Origin: the human T2T-CHM13v2.0 reference genome, Homo sapiens
Assembly (NCBI RefSeq): GCF_009914755.1
Contig: NC_060925.1
Reading direction: 5' to 3' (one strand)
DNA: 64,000 bases
Notes under the pieces: generated by a model
What the model was told of the DNA's origin: nothing
Databases searched by the model: none
The model's input: the letters and a program-made list of their open reading frames with translations, nothing else
Part shown: one piece after another, positions 30,198 to 43,965 of the stretch
How positions within the stretch are numbered: the first letter of the stretch is position 1
Layout: each line of letters starts with the position of its first letter
Made by a program: the position numbers and the translations under genes

Positions 30198-32088
30198 CCT
30201 GAATAGCCAAAGCAATCCTAAGCCAAAAGAACAAAACCGGAAGCATGTATCACCTGACTTCAAACTATACTATAAGGCTACAATAATGAAAATAATATGG
30301 TACTGATACACAAAAAGACAAATAGACCAATGGAACAGAATAGAGAATCCTGAAATAAAGCTATACACCTACAGCCATCTGATCTTTGACAAGGTCAACA
30401 AGAATAAGCAATGAAGAAAGGACTCCCTATTCAATAAATGGTGCTGGGATAACTGACTAGCTACATTCAGAAGAATGAAACTGGGCCCCTACATGTCACC
30501 ATATAAAAAATTAACTCACGATGGATTAAAGACTTAAATATAACACCTCAAACTATAAGAATTCTAGAAGAAAACCTAGGTAACACCATTCTGGATATCA
30601 GCCTTGGGAAAGAATTTATGACTAAGTCCTCAAAAGTAATTGTGACAAAAACAAAAATTGAAAAGTGGGACTCAATTAAACTAAAAAGCATCTGCACAGC
30701 AAAAGAAACTATTGGCAGAATAAACAGACAACCTACAAAATGAGATAAAATATTTGCAAACTACACATCCAACAAAGGTCTAATATCCAGAATCTATAAG
30801 GAACTTAAACAGCAAAAGAAGCAAAAAATATCAAATAATTATATTAAAAATGGGCAAAGGACATGAGCAGACACTTCTCAAAAGAAGACATACAAGCAGC
30901 CCACAAATATATGAAAAATCCTCCACATCACTAATAGTATTATGCTGTTCTCACAATGTTATAAAGAAATACCTGAGACTGGTCAATTTATAAGAAAATA
31001 AGTTTAATTGGCTTATGGTTCTGCAGGTTGTATAGGCAGCGTAATGCCAACATCTGCTTCTGGAGATTCCTCAGAAAGCTTCCAAACTTGGTGGAAAGCA
31101 AGGGGGAAGCAGGCAGATAACATGGTGGAAGCAGAAGCAAAAGAGAAAGAGGGAGAGAGAGAAAGAGAGTGGAAGGGGAGGTGCCATACACTTTTAAGTG
31201 GGCAGGTCTCATGTGAACTCAGAGAGAGAGCTCACCACCAATGAGGTGGCCCAAGCCATTCATGAGGGTTTTGCCCCGATGAACCAAACACCTTCCATCA
31301 GGCCCCACTTCCAGCACTGGGATTTACTACTCCATCCGAGATTTGGTTGGTGACAAATATCAAGACCACATCACTAATCATCAGAAAAATGCAAGTTAAA
31401 ACCATGAGATACCATTTCATACCAGTTGGAATGGCTATTTTTGAAAATTCAAAAAAATAACAGATGCTGGCAAGGTTGTGAAGAAAAGGGAGTGTTTATA
31501 CACTGGTGGTGGGAAAGTAAATAAGCCACTGTGGAAAGCAGCTAGGAGATTTCTCAAAGAACTTTAAACAGAGGTACCATTCGACCCAGAAATCCCATTT
31601 TCGATATATACTCAAAAGAAAACAAATTATTCTACCAAAAAGACACATGATGCAGTCTCATGTTCATCACAGCACTATTCACAATAGCAAAGACATAGAA
31701 TCAATCTAGGTGTTCCATCAATGGCGGATTAAATAAAGAAAATGGGGTTCATATACACCAGGGTATACTATGCAGCCATAAAAAGAATGAAATCATGACC
31801 TTTGCAACAACATGGATGCAGCCGGAGGCCATTATCCTAAGCAAATTAATGCAGAAACAGAAAATCAAATATTGCAGGGTCACGCATAACTATGAGCTAA
31901 GTATCAGATACTCAGGGACCCAAAGATGGCAACGATAAAACCTAGGGACTACTAGAAGTATGAGGAAAGGAGGGAGACAAGGGGTGAAAACCTGTTGGGT
32001 AACATGCTCAGTACCTGGGTAATGGAGTAATTCATATCTCAAATGTCAGCATGTACCACCTGAATCTAAAATGAAAGTTGAAAAAAAA
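30198..32088 (+). mobile_element. 5'-truncated L1PB-class element, interrupted by MSTB
   Basis: ORF2 3' sequence (gaatagccaaagcaatcctaagc, gactccctattcaataaatggtgctggg) and L1PB-type 3' UTR (catggatgcagccggaggccattatcctaagc, ctgaatctaaaatgaaagttg). Confidence 0.88.
30936..31373 (-). mobile_element. MaLR solo LTR, MSTB-like, nested in L1PB
   Basis: ataaagaaatacctgagactgg...ttggcttatggttctgcagg...ggccccacttccagcactggg; 5-bp TSD ctaat at 30931-30935 and 31374-31378. Confidence 0.88.
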
Positions 32089-32480
32089 TTCAGAATATAA
32101 AAAATCATCTTATTCAGCTAAAATATTAAAATATATCTTATTTCTATAAATGGCTATTGTTCTAATATATTTTGGCCAAAATAGTCACCTCATCTATCTG
32201 CAATTAAATGCTTAATTAACATTTTATTTAATTTTGATACGTATCAAATTATTATTGATTCTTCTGAAGTATCTGTAAAACATGTTTCAAAATATCTCAT
32301 AAAAATAAACATTTAAACATGAAACAAAAGTATGAACGCTTCGTTGTTCCTCTATTACAATCCAGAAAATCATTCTTAGCAATGCCAAACACTATTTGGT
32401 AGAGATGGTGAAAGAAATATTGCTTTTTCTTTGTTTCTTCTTTTAATCAGTATATTTACTTTTGTTTTTCCTATTCTTAC

Positions 32481-32525
32481 GTGTGTGTGTGTGTGTATAT
32501 TTATTTATTTATTTATTTATTTATT
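32481..32525. repeat. (TG)n plus (TTTA)n microsatellite
   Basis: Direct reading. Confidence 0.85.
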
Positions 32526-33405
32526 GCTGGACCCACTATGTATAAAATGGTAATTTGTATCAACCATTATTAGCAGTTCATATTTTCATCCAGATTTATA
32601 GATAAGGATATTAAAGACAGACAGATTTTTTTTTTAGTTAAAAGTTTAAAAATGGTTTAATCATATCTTTTCTGAAACCATGTATACTGTGAAGTATAAT
32701 TTCAAGTAAATCATGCTGTGGAAATAGTTTATTTTATACTGGATTCAGCCTAGAAAGCTGTTGATATCATTCAACATCAAAACATTTCTAAAATGCTCCA
32801 TCACTGAAAGCTCTTGAATAGTAAAATATTATTAAAAATCAGCTTCAAGTATGAAAAGAAAATACCTTTCAAAGGCCATCAACATGAAAGGAAATTCTCA
32901 CATATATTAACATTGAAATGGAAATGTATTTTCAGTAAAGAGAAGTTATCAGAAATTCTCCCTTGATAAATATTTCACCACACTTCCCTTTGGCCATTCT
33001 GCCCACACTATGACCACCAGCACATTGTCATGAGAAGTTTGCTTTACAGAATATACTAAATTGGAGCATTCAGTCTTTCAATTCAGTATTACACATATTG
33101 GTAACAACTTCAGAATAATTATGGCTTTTATCAAACTATCCTCAAACATTTCACTATTATAACTATGGAGGTATTGAAAACTACGCTGTAAAGTGCTGTG
33201 AAGTGCTGGATACATACTTTTGTTTTGTATACTTAATGCATCTTAGCATAACAAACTGGGCAAAACTCTTCTCCAGGATTAATATAACTATTTGTTTTTT
33301 TCTGATTTTAAAGTTAGGTTTCCTGACTATTTCTGCCTTTCATATATACACACACACACACACATAGCACAGTGAATTGGAGTTGTATGGACAAAGGTTC
33401 AATTG

Positions 33406-33663
<258 letters not shown>

Positions 33664-34433
33664 TGAAGGCTTACCTCTCTCACTTATTAACGTGTCTTTA
33701 TTACGAATTAACCAAGCAAGTTTTGACAATTTATTTAATATTTCTGTGTCTTAGTCCCCTCATTTGTGAAATGATATAATAAGTCTAAATTACAGGGATG
33801 TTGCTAGAACTAAATAAACAAAAGGTAAACCATTTATCATAATGTCTGAAAAACAAATTAATAAGTATTTAATAAATGGTAGCAAGAGGAAATTTAGGGA
33901 TTTCCGCCTGGGCTTCTGTGTAGCCATTATTCATAACCCACAATTCACACATAACCAATTGTTTTCTACAAACATTTATCCTCAAGTTGATGTTTATACA
34001 GAGGCAGCTTTTGAGGCTTTAAACTGAATTTGTAAATCCATAGCAGAGATCATGGTCCTGAAATTCAGGGTTTCCATCTTAAAAGCCAGGTTTCCTGGTG
34101 GCAGAAAAAGTTCTTTGTTTTCACCAAAGGGCTGAGAGGCAGGAGTAGTTTGAACAGAAGTACACAGACAGGAGATAGAAAACTCTTTCTACCCTGGTGG
34201 AAGTGATTTGAAGAGAGAGGAAGAGCTAAAACATGGCTGTTGCTGTAGTTGCTGCTCTCATTTTTCTTTTAGAATGAGTCTCAGTGGTGATGGAAACTTC
34301 CTTAAGTTGAGGAAAATCTCAAAATAAAAGCTACTGTTGCCCCACTTTCTGGGGTTTAGGCCTCACAGAGGGGCTTCGTGTCTGGAACATTGTTGGAGTA
34401 GCAGGTATTAATGAAGGCAAGAATGGTCTAGAT

Positions 34434-34755
34434 GAGAGGTTGGCAAACTTTTTATCAAGGGCCAGAGAGTAAATTCTGCAGGTTTTATAGGTCATATAAT
34501 TTCTGTCACAGCTAATTTTCTCAACCATGACCTTGTAGTAAGCAAACAACCATGGGCAATGAATAACTGAATAAATAAAACTTTCTTTACAGATACTGAA
34601 ATTTGAATTTTTGCATCATTTTCATGTCAGGAAATATTATTCTTCTCCTGATAATTTTCAACAATTTAAAAGTGTAAAAATCATTCTTAGGTCACAGAAC
34701 ATACAACATGACATTTGTCAAATTTGGCACAGAACCTGTAGTTTGCTGTGCCCTG
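34434..34755. mobile_element. MER58B-like hAT-Charlie MITE
   Basis: TIR-like gagaggttggcaaact ... gtttgctgtgccctg; 8-bp TSD gtctagat/gtttagac at 34426-34433 and 34756-34763. Confidence 0.8.
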
Positions 34756-35638
34756 GTTTAGACACAAAGAGGATCTAACACTGTCCCTTGAAGTTTCTAA
34801 GAGAAGCATAGGAGAACATAAAAGTTTTCTCTTTCCTTGTGAAGGAGAGAATGTAAATGAGAATGAGTAAGAATAGACATTTAGTTGGGAAATATATAGT
34901 ATATGTGGACTGAAGAAAATAGGTTGAGGTGGGGCCACACTTGTCAGCAACATAAGCAGTACTGAGAGGCCAATGTTCTAATTAAGGAAGGACAAATTTG
35001 GTCTCATACCAAGGCTAAAAGGGTCTGAAGATGACCTTAGAACAGACTTAAGTCTCTTCACTACCCTTGTTCCCTGAGGCCATGTGTTACCTAAGCATCT
35101 CTGGAAACTAGATCACAATCAAGGGGAAAGATTGGGGGGTTTGGGTGCCATTAGGTGGGATAGGATTAGATTGAGATGCCAGAAGGAAGCACAATCACTG
35201 CCAGGGAGTGTTACAGAGCCTGAGTCGGTACCCAGGTTTTCTATTCTTTTTCATCTAGTGAGAACCACCAATCTCTAAAGGCTGACTTGCTACCCATTGA
35301 CCTCCCAATGTGTAATGCAATCCTATCTAGAGTGCATCCCTACCTAGAGTTTTCATTTAGCTGCAATCCTTCCCATATGGGCAATTCATCTATCAATTGA
35401 ACTCCACCAATTGGAGGCAGAAAGTTGGGTACATGGCTGGAAAGAAATTTTGATTTGTTTCCATGATGAAACTAGATAGAGAGTTTCAATTCTCCCACTA
35501 AGCCACAACAGGGATGGGGTATGCTTTTCTATTATAATATCTAGTTAACCATCCACTAGAGACCTCAATGGAGCCATCAAGCTTTCCAATATGTCTTTTG
35601 CCAAAAAACTTTAGCTAAGATTGAGGTTAAGAAGTCAT

Positions 35639-35686
35639 CACACACGCACACACACACACACACACGCACACACACAAAAAAAAAAT
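35639..35686. repeat. (CA)n microsatellite with A run
   Basis: Direct reading. Confidence 0.85.
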
Positions 35687-35699
35687 CTAAAAACTTCAC

Positions 35700-36150
35700 T
35701 GCTGTTCTCACCTGTTTTTCTAGGTCACTATTCCCTCTATTTCCATGATGACTTGAGATTCATCCAAGATTCCTAAATCTCATTCGTCTTGCACATTTAA
35801 TTTGGCCACCTAATCCTATTAATCTTCTCATGTAATATCCCTCAATTCCATTTCTTTCATTTCAACCCCATATCACAGCAATATGTTAGGTCTTTACTTT
35901 TCTTTTTTGGAATCAGTTTTTAATTGGTCTCTTTGACTTCAGTTTTATCAGCCCTAACTCTTGTTCCCCCAATTAGATTCTAAATATTGTTGTCAGGGAT
36001 ATTTCTAAAATATATATCTGATCGTATTAGATGTCTACTAAAAATCCTTTAACAATTCCTCACAGCCTCATAGCCTATGGATAATGTGATAATTTCTTGG
36101 CAATGATATTCAAGATCCCTATTCTACTACATTCTCTAAGCTCTTTTCCC
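35700..36150 (+). mobile_element. L2 remnant
   Basis: ttggtctctttgacttcag, gtcagggatatttctaaaatatatatctgatcgt, aaaatcctttaacaattcctcacagcc. Confidence 0.55.
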
Positions 36151-36906
36151 ACAATGCTTGGTATAATCATTCTGTAATTCAGACATCTGTACATATATAG
36201 TTTGCCAATAATGTATTTGTTCTCCTTATGATTCCTTTTCCTAAAATGTATTGTGAACAACACAAATATCCTGTTACAGTATTAATAATTTCTTAAACAT
36301 TTCCAAGGTCAAAGAATGTAAAGAACAATAAATAAAATTTAAATATATGTCATTACTGCAAATTTTTTCAGAACTTAAAATTTACAACATATTGTTAGTC
36401 TCTAAGATAAATGCAATGATACTTAACATAGAGACTTTTTTTTATCACAGGACCTATAAAGAACGTGTATTGACCATATCCTACTGCATTCATTTTACCT
36501 ATCTTTTCTTATTTCAAATCCCTAAAAACTCTTTTCTTTATTTCTCAAAATATTGTGATAAAATGTTTCCACCTTCTGTACTCATATCATGCACTGCTGT
36601 CTTGGCCATCTGTATACAGAAAAATTTATCTATCAGAGTACAGCAAAATTGGCTTGGGTTAAGGTCAAGATAATCTTTCTGATTCACCAAGGTGTGCTTA
36701 TACTGTCGTCACTTTTCACAGGACATCATGAATGTAACCTTACTAGGATCAAAGTGGTTAAAAATTCTGATTTTAATATTTATCATTTACTAGTTTCTGG
36801 GGCATTAAATTCTTCCAGAAAAAAAAGTAATCACATATGATTTGAAATTAAATGCTCACTAAAATAATGAAACATTTTTTCTTTTTTCTTTTCTGAAGAA
36901 ATCCAG

Positions 36907-37185
36907 GGCCAGGTGCAGCCGCTCAGTATTACTTGAGGCCAGGAGTTTGAGAACATCCTGAGCAACACAGGGAGAACTCTCCTCTACAAAAAATACAAAA
37001 ATTTGCCGGGCATGATGGCATATGCCTGTAGTCCCAGTTATTTGGGAGGCTGAAGTAGGAAGATTGCAGGAACCCAGGGAGGTCAAGGTGACAGTGAGCC
37101 CTGATTGCACCACTGCACTCTAGCCTGGGTGACAGAATGAAATCCTGTCTCCAAAAAAAAACCACCACCACCACCACCACCAAGA
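36907..37185 (+). mobile_element. AluJ with left-arm deletion and (ACC)7 tail
   Basis: J diagnostics; TSD aagaaatccag at 36896-36906 and 37186-37196. Confidence 0.9.
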
Positions 37186-40100
37186 AAGAAATCCAGGTTA
37201 TAAAGACAAATGTCTAGTTATGGAGAAGTGCAATTTTGTTGGTGTTACTTCAAATAATGTCACAGAAGGTTTAAGTAAGTCAGGAGGATAATTAGCTAAA
37301 TAGAAATACTTGAATAATTTTTCCACTTCAATCATTGTGTTAATTTTGGTGGGTATGGGTTTGGTTTAGAAATATTGAGTGTTCATGGGAAAATACCAAG
37401 CAGATTTTGCTAAATATTGAATACAAATAATTCACTTTGAGAGACCAGGTGGGTCATCAGATTACAATTATTTTCCCCATAGCCATGTGGCTTACTTATT
37501 TTAGTTTGCAACCATCCATATTTGTACATGCCTCGGGCAAAGCTTTATTGAATTGACTAGAAGAACTTAAGGATTTTTCATTTGGTTTGCTGCATTGTTA
37601 ATATTAGCTTGTCAATGACTTGAGATTACCTTTTTTTTCTCTTTAAAAATGCTTAGCAGGAAAATAAAATAAATGGTTGTTTTATTTAGGAATATCTCAT
37701 GCTTTTTTAGCAGTTTTATTTTTCAAGATAGGTACTATGTTGCCAAGCTACAGCTCTAGACAAATGAGAAAATGATTTTCCTGACTTTTGTTTATTTAAA
37801 TACTCAATCATGACATTGTGTTAATGTTATTTTCAAATAGAATGTCCTTGCTTTTCACATGAAAAATGAGGGGAAGGGAATGATGTGATTGTTCAAAACT
37901 TTGAATCGATGCATATTCATTAGAATGGATGATATGGAACTCAGATGCACTGACTGCATTTATTTAAATATTCTCATATGATTTCCATGAGTTTTATTAA
38001 AGTAAATGCAGAAATATGCCATTATGCCAGGACTGCTTTTGCATATATAGCCATCTCAGAGTCTTATGTTACCTGTAACCTGTAGTAATTGTTAAGTCAG
38101 AATTTAAGTCAAAGCTTTGAAAAATGCAAGATATTGTGACATGGAAATTTTAAACATGCCTATGAGCTTAAGTTTCCTTGATATATATGTACAACACATT
38201 TTCCAAAAAGTAATTCATTGATGCATGATTGCTTTCAGAATAATTCATCATATACTAATAATATTGACATGGAAAACAATGATTATATATTGCAGAGACA
38301 GCAAAGTACAGAACTTTAAATCAAGAACAAAAAAGTCTTAAATTCTATTTTTTAACAATACCAATTCACAATTAATGGGGAGAAATTCAGTCTTATTTGA
38401 TCTAGACTATTTATATTTGAGCAGTTTAAAATCTACCTTCTAGTAAGGACTACTCAGTACAAGTTATTCTACTGACAGGCAGAAGCTACATGGAAAATTA
38501 CCTGAATTGCCAAAAGTAATCTGAATTGGTAGCACAATGTATTTTTGTTTCAAGTATCTTAGTAGACTTGTATATGTATTCCCCATCTTGAAGCTACAAT
38601 CACACATTAGACATGGAAGGAAACTGGTTATGCTTAACCGGCTCTTCTGTTCTTAAAAATGTTCATAGATTATGACCAGTGCTCACTCTTTTAAAAAGAA
38701 AAGGGAAAAGTATTGTAACATAATATTCTAATGTTGTGCATAAATGTGTTCTAGACACTATAAGCATATCATGTATTCAGAAATTTGTAAGTTTGAATAT
38801 CTATGCATTAAACTCTCATATTTATGAATCAAGGCCTTAAGGCTCATTGATTCATCCTCGGCTAACCTAAAATAACAAAAATGAGAAAACCCAAAGCTTT
38901 ATTCAGAGGTAAATGGGAAGTATTAAAGATGCAATGAAAACAAAGAGAATGTTTTTGTTTGTTTTGTCCTGTTTGTAAATAAAACTGAGTGTAGGACTTC
39001 AGAGGTCAATCTTTAACTTTGGCCCTTGTAGTGATTTTAGGAGGTACATGTGAATGAGAAAAATCAGAGGCCTCCTGCTTACAAGTTTTAAACTCTAAGT
39101 ACATAGGTTTTTGTGTCATATTTAACCTTAAAGATGTTGGGAGATCCATGTTTCATACTAAAATGACGACAGGTTTTCCTTTACAATGAGGCATTTCGCC
39201 TAACTTTCTAAGTAAAACAGGACACTTTTAATGACAGTATCTCAAATGTCTTTAACCTTTGTGTCTCAAGGTAGTTTCTAAAGACACAGTTTCTTTTATT
39301 ACAGGTTGTATCCCTAATCCAAACATCTGAAATCTGAAATGCCTCAAAATCCAACACTTTTTGAGTGCCGACATGATGCCACAAGTGGACAATGAAAATG
39401 ATATTGTTGACACTGCAGGGAAAATGCTTATAGACCACACGGTGAAAATGTGTGGTGGGCTTATGGAAGGACTACAACAGCGTGCATTGCTAACAGAACA
39501 GGAAATCATGTCAGTTTATAAAATCAAAGAAAGACTTCTAAGACCAAAAGTCACTGTTAATGAGGCAGATGACTCTGGAGGAAACATTTTAAAAAGCCAT
39601 CCAGCAGAACATCTTCTCATCCCTAAAAAGGAACCACTTCCTGGTCTCTTAACTGCTTCTGATATTTTTCCTCTCCAAAAACAAACAACAACAACAACAA
39701 AAAAAAAAACAAAAAAAAAAAAAGAAAGAATATAGCATAGAGTAACCTTTTTATCAAAACACAATATCATCAGTGGAAAATAAAAGCCTGCTGTTGTTTC
39801 TTGTTGCTGTTGTTTAAGAGCTGATACAGGTATTCTGGTGATGCTACTGTGCTGCTTTAGTTATCCTGAGCACATTATGTGTTCCTGTATAAATGGTATG
39901 TTATATATACCATTAATATATATATTAATATATTAATACTGTGTTTTGATAAAAAGGTTACTGTACATTATGTTCTTTCTTTTTTTTTGGAGAGGAAAAA
40001 TATCAGAAGTTACCCTGAACACATTATGTTTTCCTGTATTAATGGTATGTTATATATACTATTTATATATATATAAATATATTAATACTGTGTTTTGATA

Positions 40101-40266
40101 AAAAGGTTACTCTACACTATATTCTTTCTTTTTTATTTTGGAGAGGAAAAATATCAGAAGCAGTTAAGAGACCAGGAAGTGGTCTCTTAACACATATGTA
40201 TAATTAATATATATATAAATGGTATATATAAATATATATAAATGGTATATAATTAACACATGTATG

Positions 40267-40271
<5 letters not shown>

Positions 40272-40335
<64 letters not shown>
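40272..40335. repeat. (TA)n(GA)n compound microsatellite
   Basis: Direct reading. Confidence 0.9.
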
Positions 40336-40338
<3 letters not shown>

Positions 40339-40503
40339 TGCAGTGCGATCTCAGCTGGCTGCAACCCCTGCCTCCGGGGTTCAAGCGATTCTCCTGCCTC
40401 AGTCTTCCGAGTAGCTGGGACTACAGACGCGCACCACCTCGCCCAGCTAATTTTTGTATTTTTAGTAAAGAAGACGAGATTTCACCATTTTGTCCAGGAT
40501 GGT
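40335..40503 (-). mobile_element. Internal AluS fragment, with no tail and no TSD, inside Tigger4
   Basis: gcgatctcagct...ttcaagcgattctcctgcctcag...tttttgtatttttagta...ccaggatggt. Confidence 0.88.
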
Positions 40504-41573
40504 ATGTTATATTTTTTGCTGCTAAGTATTTACATGTGAATAAGTTTAAGAAAATAATTACTTATCGGTAGGATTTAAATTCAGAGTCAAGAATGATGGT
40601 GATGCCAAACAACCACAGATTGTCCACATGGGTGGCTGAGATAGTGATGCCTTTGCTTTCTGATGGTTCAGTGCACACATACTTTATTTAATGCAAGAAA
40701 TTATTTTAGAAATTGAATAGAATTTCCTTCAGCCAATATATATAAGGTGTGCATGAACCATAAATGAAGTTCATGTTTAGACTTGAGTCTCAACCCTGAG
40801 TCCTCTCATTATGAATATGCTAATATTCTGAAATCTGAAAATTATCGAAATCTAAAATAGTTCTGGCTCCAAGCATTTTAGACAAAGGATACTCAACCTG
40901 TATGTGTATACATATATATAAAGGTCTTCAGCACAGACAAGAGCTCTTGAGCCCATGCACAACATTGCTACTTCAGCTTGCTGGAGACTATCTCCACGAA
41001 GGCTGAGTGGAAAAGGGAAGGGACCACTTGGAGGGGTGTTGGATCCATTGAGCAAATATCAAAAACAATAGCCAGTTTACAGTGTTTTGTATGATTTCCT
41101 CTTACAGAAGATCTTTGACTTGCTACTGACAGCCATTTTAGAAGGTATATTAGGAATTATTTGGACTTGCTCCTTTAGCCAACTAATCTGTAATTCTTAT
41201 CTGATTTTATGAAAAATATATAATAAGCTATTTCTAACAAATCAAGTGTAAATAAACATCAGTGTCAGTGGCTACTCCACTATAACAAATCAATGAAAAT
41301 ATAGAAGAGTACAAAATTAAGTATTCACTAAACATAATTTCATGTATATGAATAAGATAAAAATGCAAATACAAAGTTATTCTTTGCTTTAAAACTTAAT
41401 TGGATGTTGATTAAATGTAATATTTTTCTCATTTCAGTCAACAAAAAATGATATCACACTTTTTAAAACAGAGGAATCATTCATAAAATGATAATATACA
41501 CTTATATATTAAACTGTGGACATAAACTGTGGAATCTGAAAACCAAATTCTTTGTAAAAATTTAGTAAAAGAG

Positions 41574-41924
<351 letters not shown>

Positions 41925-42241
41925 CTACATTCCAAGAAATAAAATATTTAAGATAAAGTAGTATTCTAATAGTCTTTGAGGTTTCTTTCTATAAATGGTA
42001 TCAAATATACTGAGTATAAGACAAATAGAATATTTAAAAGTTTATGGTAATGCCTAGTAATTTCAGTTAGAACCAAATCAGAGTTATATAAAGATATATA
42101 TACATATAATGATATACTTTTATTTTATATCTTCATATAGCAGCCATTTGTATATAACAAATAACACATAATAGTTACACATTCATATATACTATAAATA
42201 GAAATAAACAATTGTACATGAGAACTAAGTACAGTGGACTA

Positions 42242-42508
<267 letters not shown>

Positions 42509-42715
42509 CTAATAAGAGAAATGTAAACATTTACTTGTTATTATTTTTTTCTTCCAGAATTGGTTTTATTTATTTTCAATTTAATAATAGAGAGTATTCC
42601 TTCTTTATATTTAAAATAAAATATTTCAACTCAAGTGGTATTCGGATCATCTATAGGATTAAAAAAAAAAAAAGAAACACAGCCTGTGGTAAGTAGCTCC
42701 ACATCATCCTTATAA

Positions 42716-43095
<380 letters not shown>

Positions 43096-43389
43096 CAAAA
43101 ATCTGCTTTTTGTTAAAGCTTTTTTTCTTCTTCAGAACTTAGTTCTGAAAAGCATGAATACTAAAAATAAATAAATAATACTGCTTTTGTTTTTGAACTT
43201 CCTTTTTTCACTGTAGTTCACTACAGTTTGTGCCACATCAGTTTCAAAGCATCAGCTATGGCAATGGAGCAACTCTGGTTCAATGGGTTGTTATGCAGCT
43301 CTTTCTAGTGGGTTTTTTTCTTATCCATTTTATAAATACATACTGATAGAAACTATTGGGTAGAGATTTAAAATAATACTTTAACAGTT

Positions 43390-43965
43390 GCAGAGTCCAG
43401 GTCGAAAATGGAGGCAGCTGCAGTGTCCTGGGTTTCTTGGCTGCTGGGTCGGTCCCGCCCACAGCTGGGGTGGCCTATGTCGAGTGGCGCCCATGGCGAA
43501 GGGGGCTCAGCTCGCATGTGGAAGGCCCTCACCTACTTCGTCGTGCTCCCCGGAGTAGCATACAGCATGCTGAATGTGTTCCTGAAGTCGCACCACGGAG
43601 AGCACTAGGGACACGAGTTCATCCCCTACCCCCATCTTAGCATCAGGACCAAGCCGTTTCCCTGGGGAGATGGTAACCCTACTCTATTCCGTAACTCTCA
43701 ACGTGAATCCGCTTACAACTGGCTGCGAAGATGAATAAAGAGAATCCAGACCACTAGCCGGGCACTGGGGACCACAGCACTGGTTTGGACCGTTGCTTTG
43801 CGCACGGACCAGAAAAAGTATACGAGACCTTAAGCTCACCTTCCTTACTTGTATCAGATGATGACTGGTATACTGATCTTCCATCCCTTTGCTTGTGGCA
43901 GGAGGTGGCTTAAATAAATCACTTAAACTCAAAAAAAAACAAAAAAACAAACAAACAAAAAAAAA
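43390..43965 (+). pseudogene. COX6A1: Processed pseudogene of COX6A1 (cytochrome c oxidase subunit 6A1)
   Basis: ORF 43408-43608 ([48 protein letters not shown]) is the COX6A1 N-terminus; premature TAG at 43606; downstream [21 protein letters not shown]; +1 frameshift near 43700; intronless 3' UTR, AATAAA at 43913-43918, A-rich tail 43931-43965, short TSD acagtt (43384-43389 and 43967-43972). The symbol is that of the parent; which numbered COX6A1P this is cannot be determined here. Confidence 0.97.

Larger units (their letters stand above)
39302..40900 (+). mobile_element. Tigger4/Zombi internally deleted DNA transposon with transposase C-terminal remnant, internally rearranged
   Basis: TIRs caggttgtatccct / aaggatactcaacctg with TA flanks; ORF 39361 contains EGLQQRALLTEQEIMSVYKIKERLLR, a Tigger4/Jerky-family C-terminus. 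Confidence 0.88.

Noticed and set aside
30923-31378. Apparent 13-bp TSD ccacatcactaat around MSTB
   Set aside because: The LTR terminus itself ends in ...cca(t/c)atca, so the extra match is coincidental; the 5-bp ctaat fits MaLR integration.
36347-36840. 108-aa and 83-aa ORFs in unique DNA (also 57870-58262)
   Set aside because: AT-biased composition, no recognisable domain and no splice support; expected by chance.
39361-39735. 124-aa ORF as a domesticated Tigger/Jerky-like gene
   Set aside because: Only the transposase C-terminal tail remains, fused to TIR sequence. It frameshifts and runs into an A tract, with no HTH or DDE domain.
43408-43738. Functional COX6A1 gene
   Set aside because: Intronless, with a poly(A) tail and TSD, a premature TAG and a +1 frameshift.
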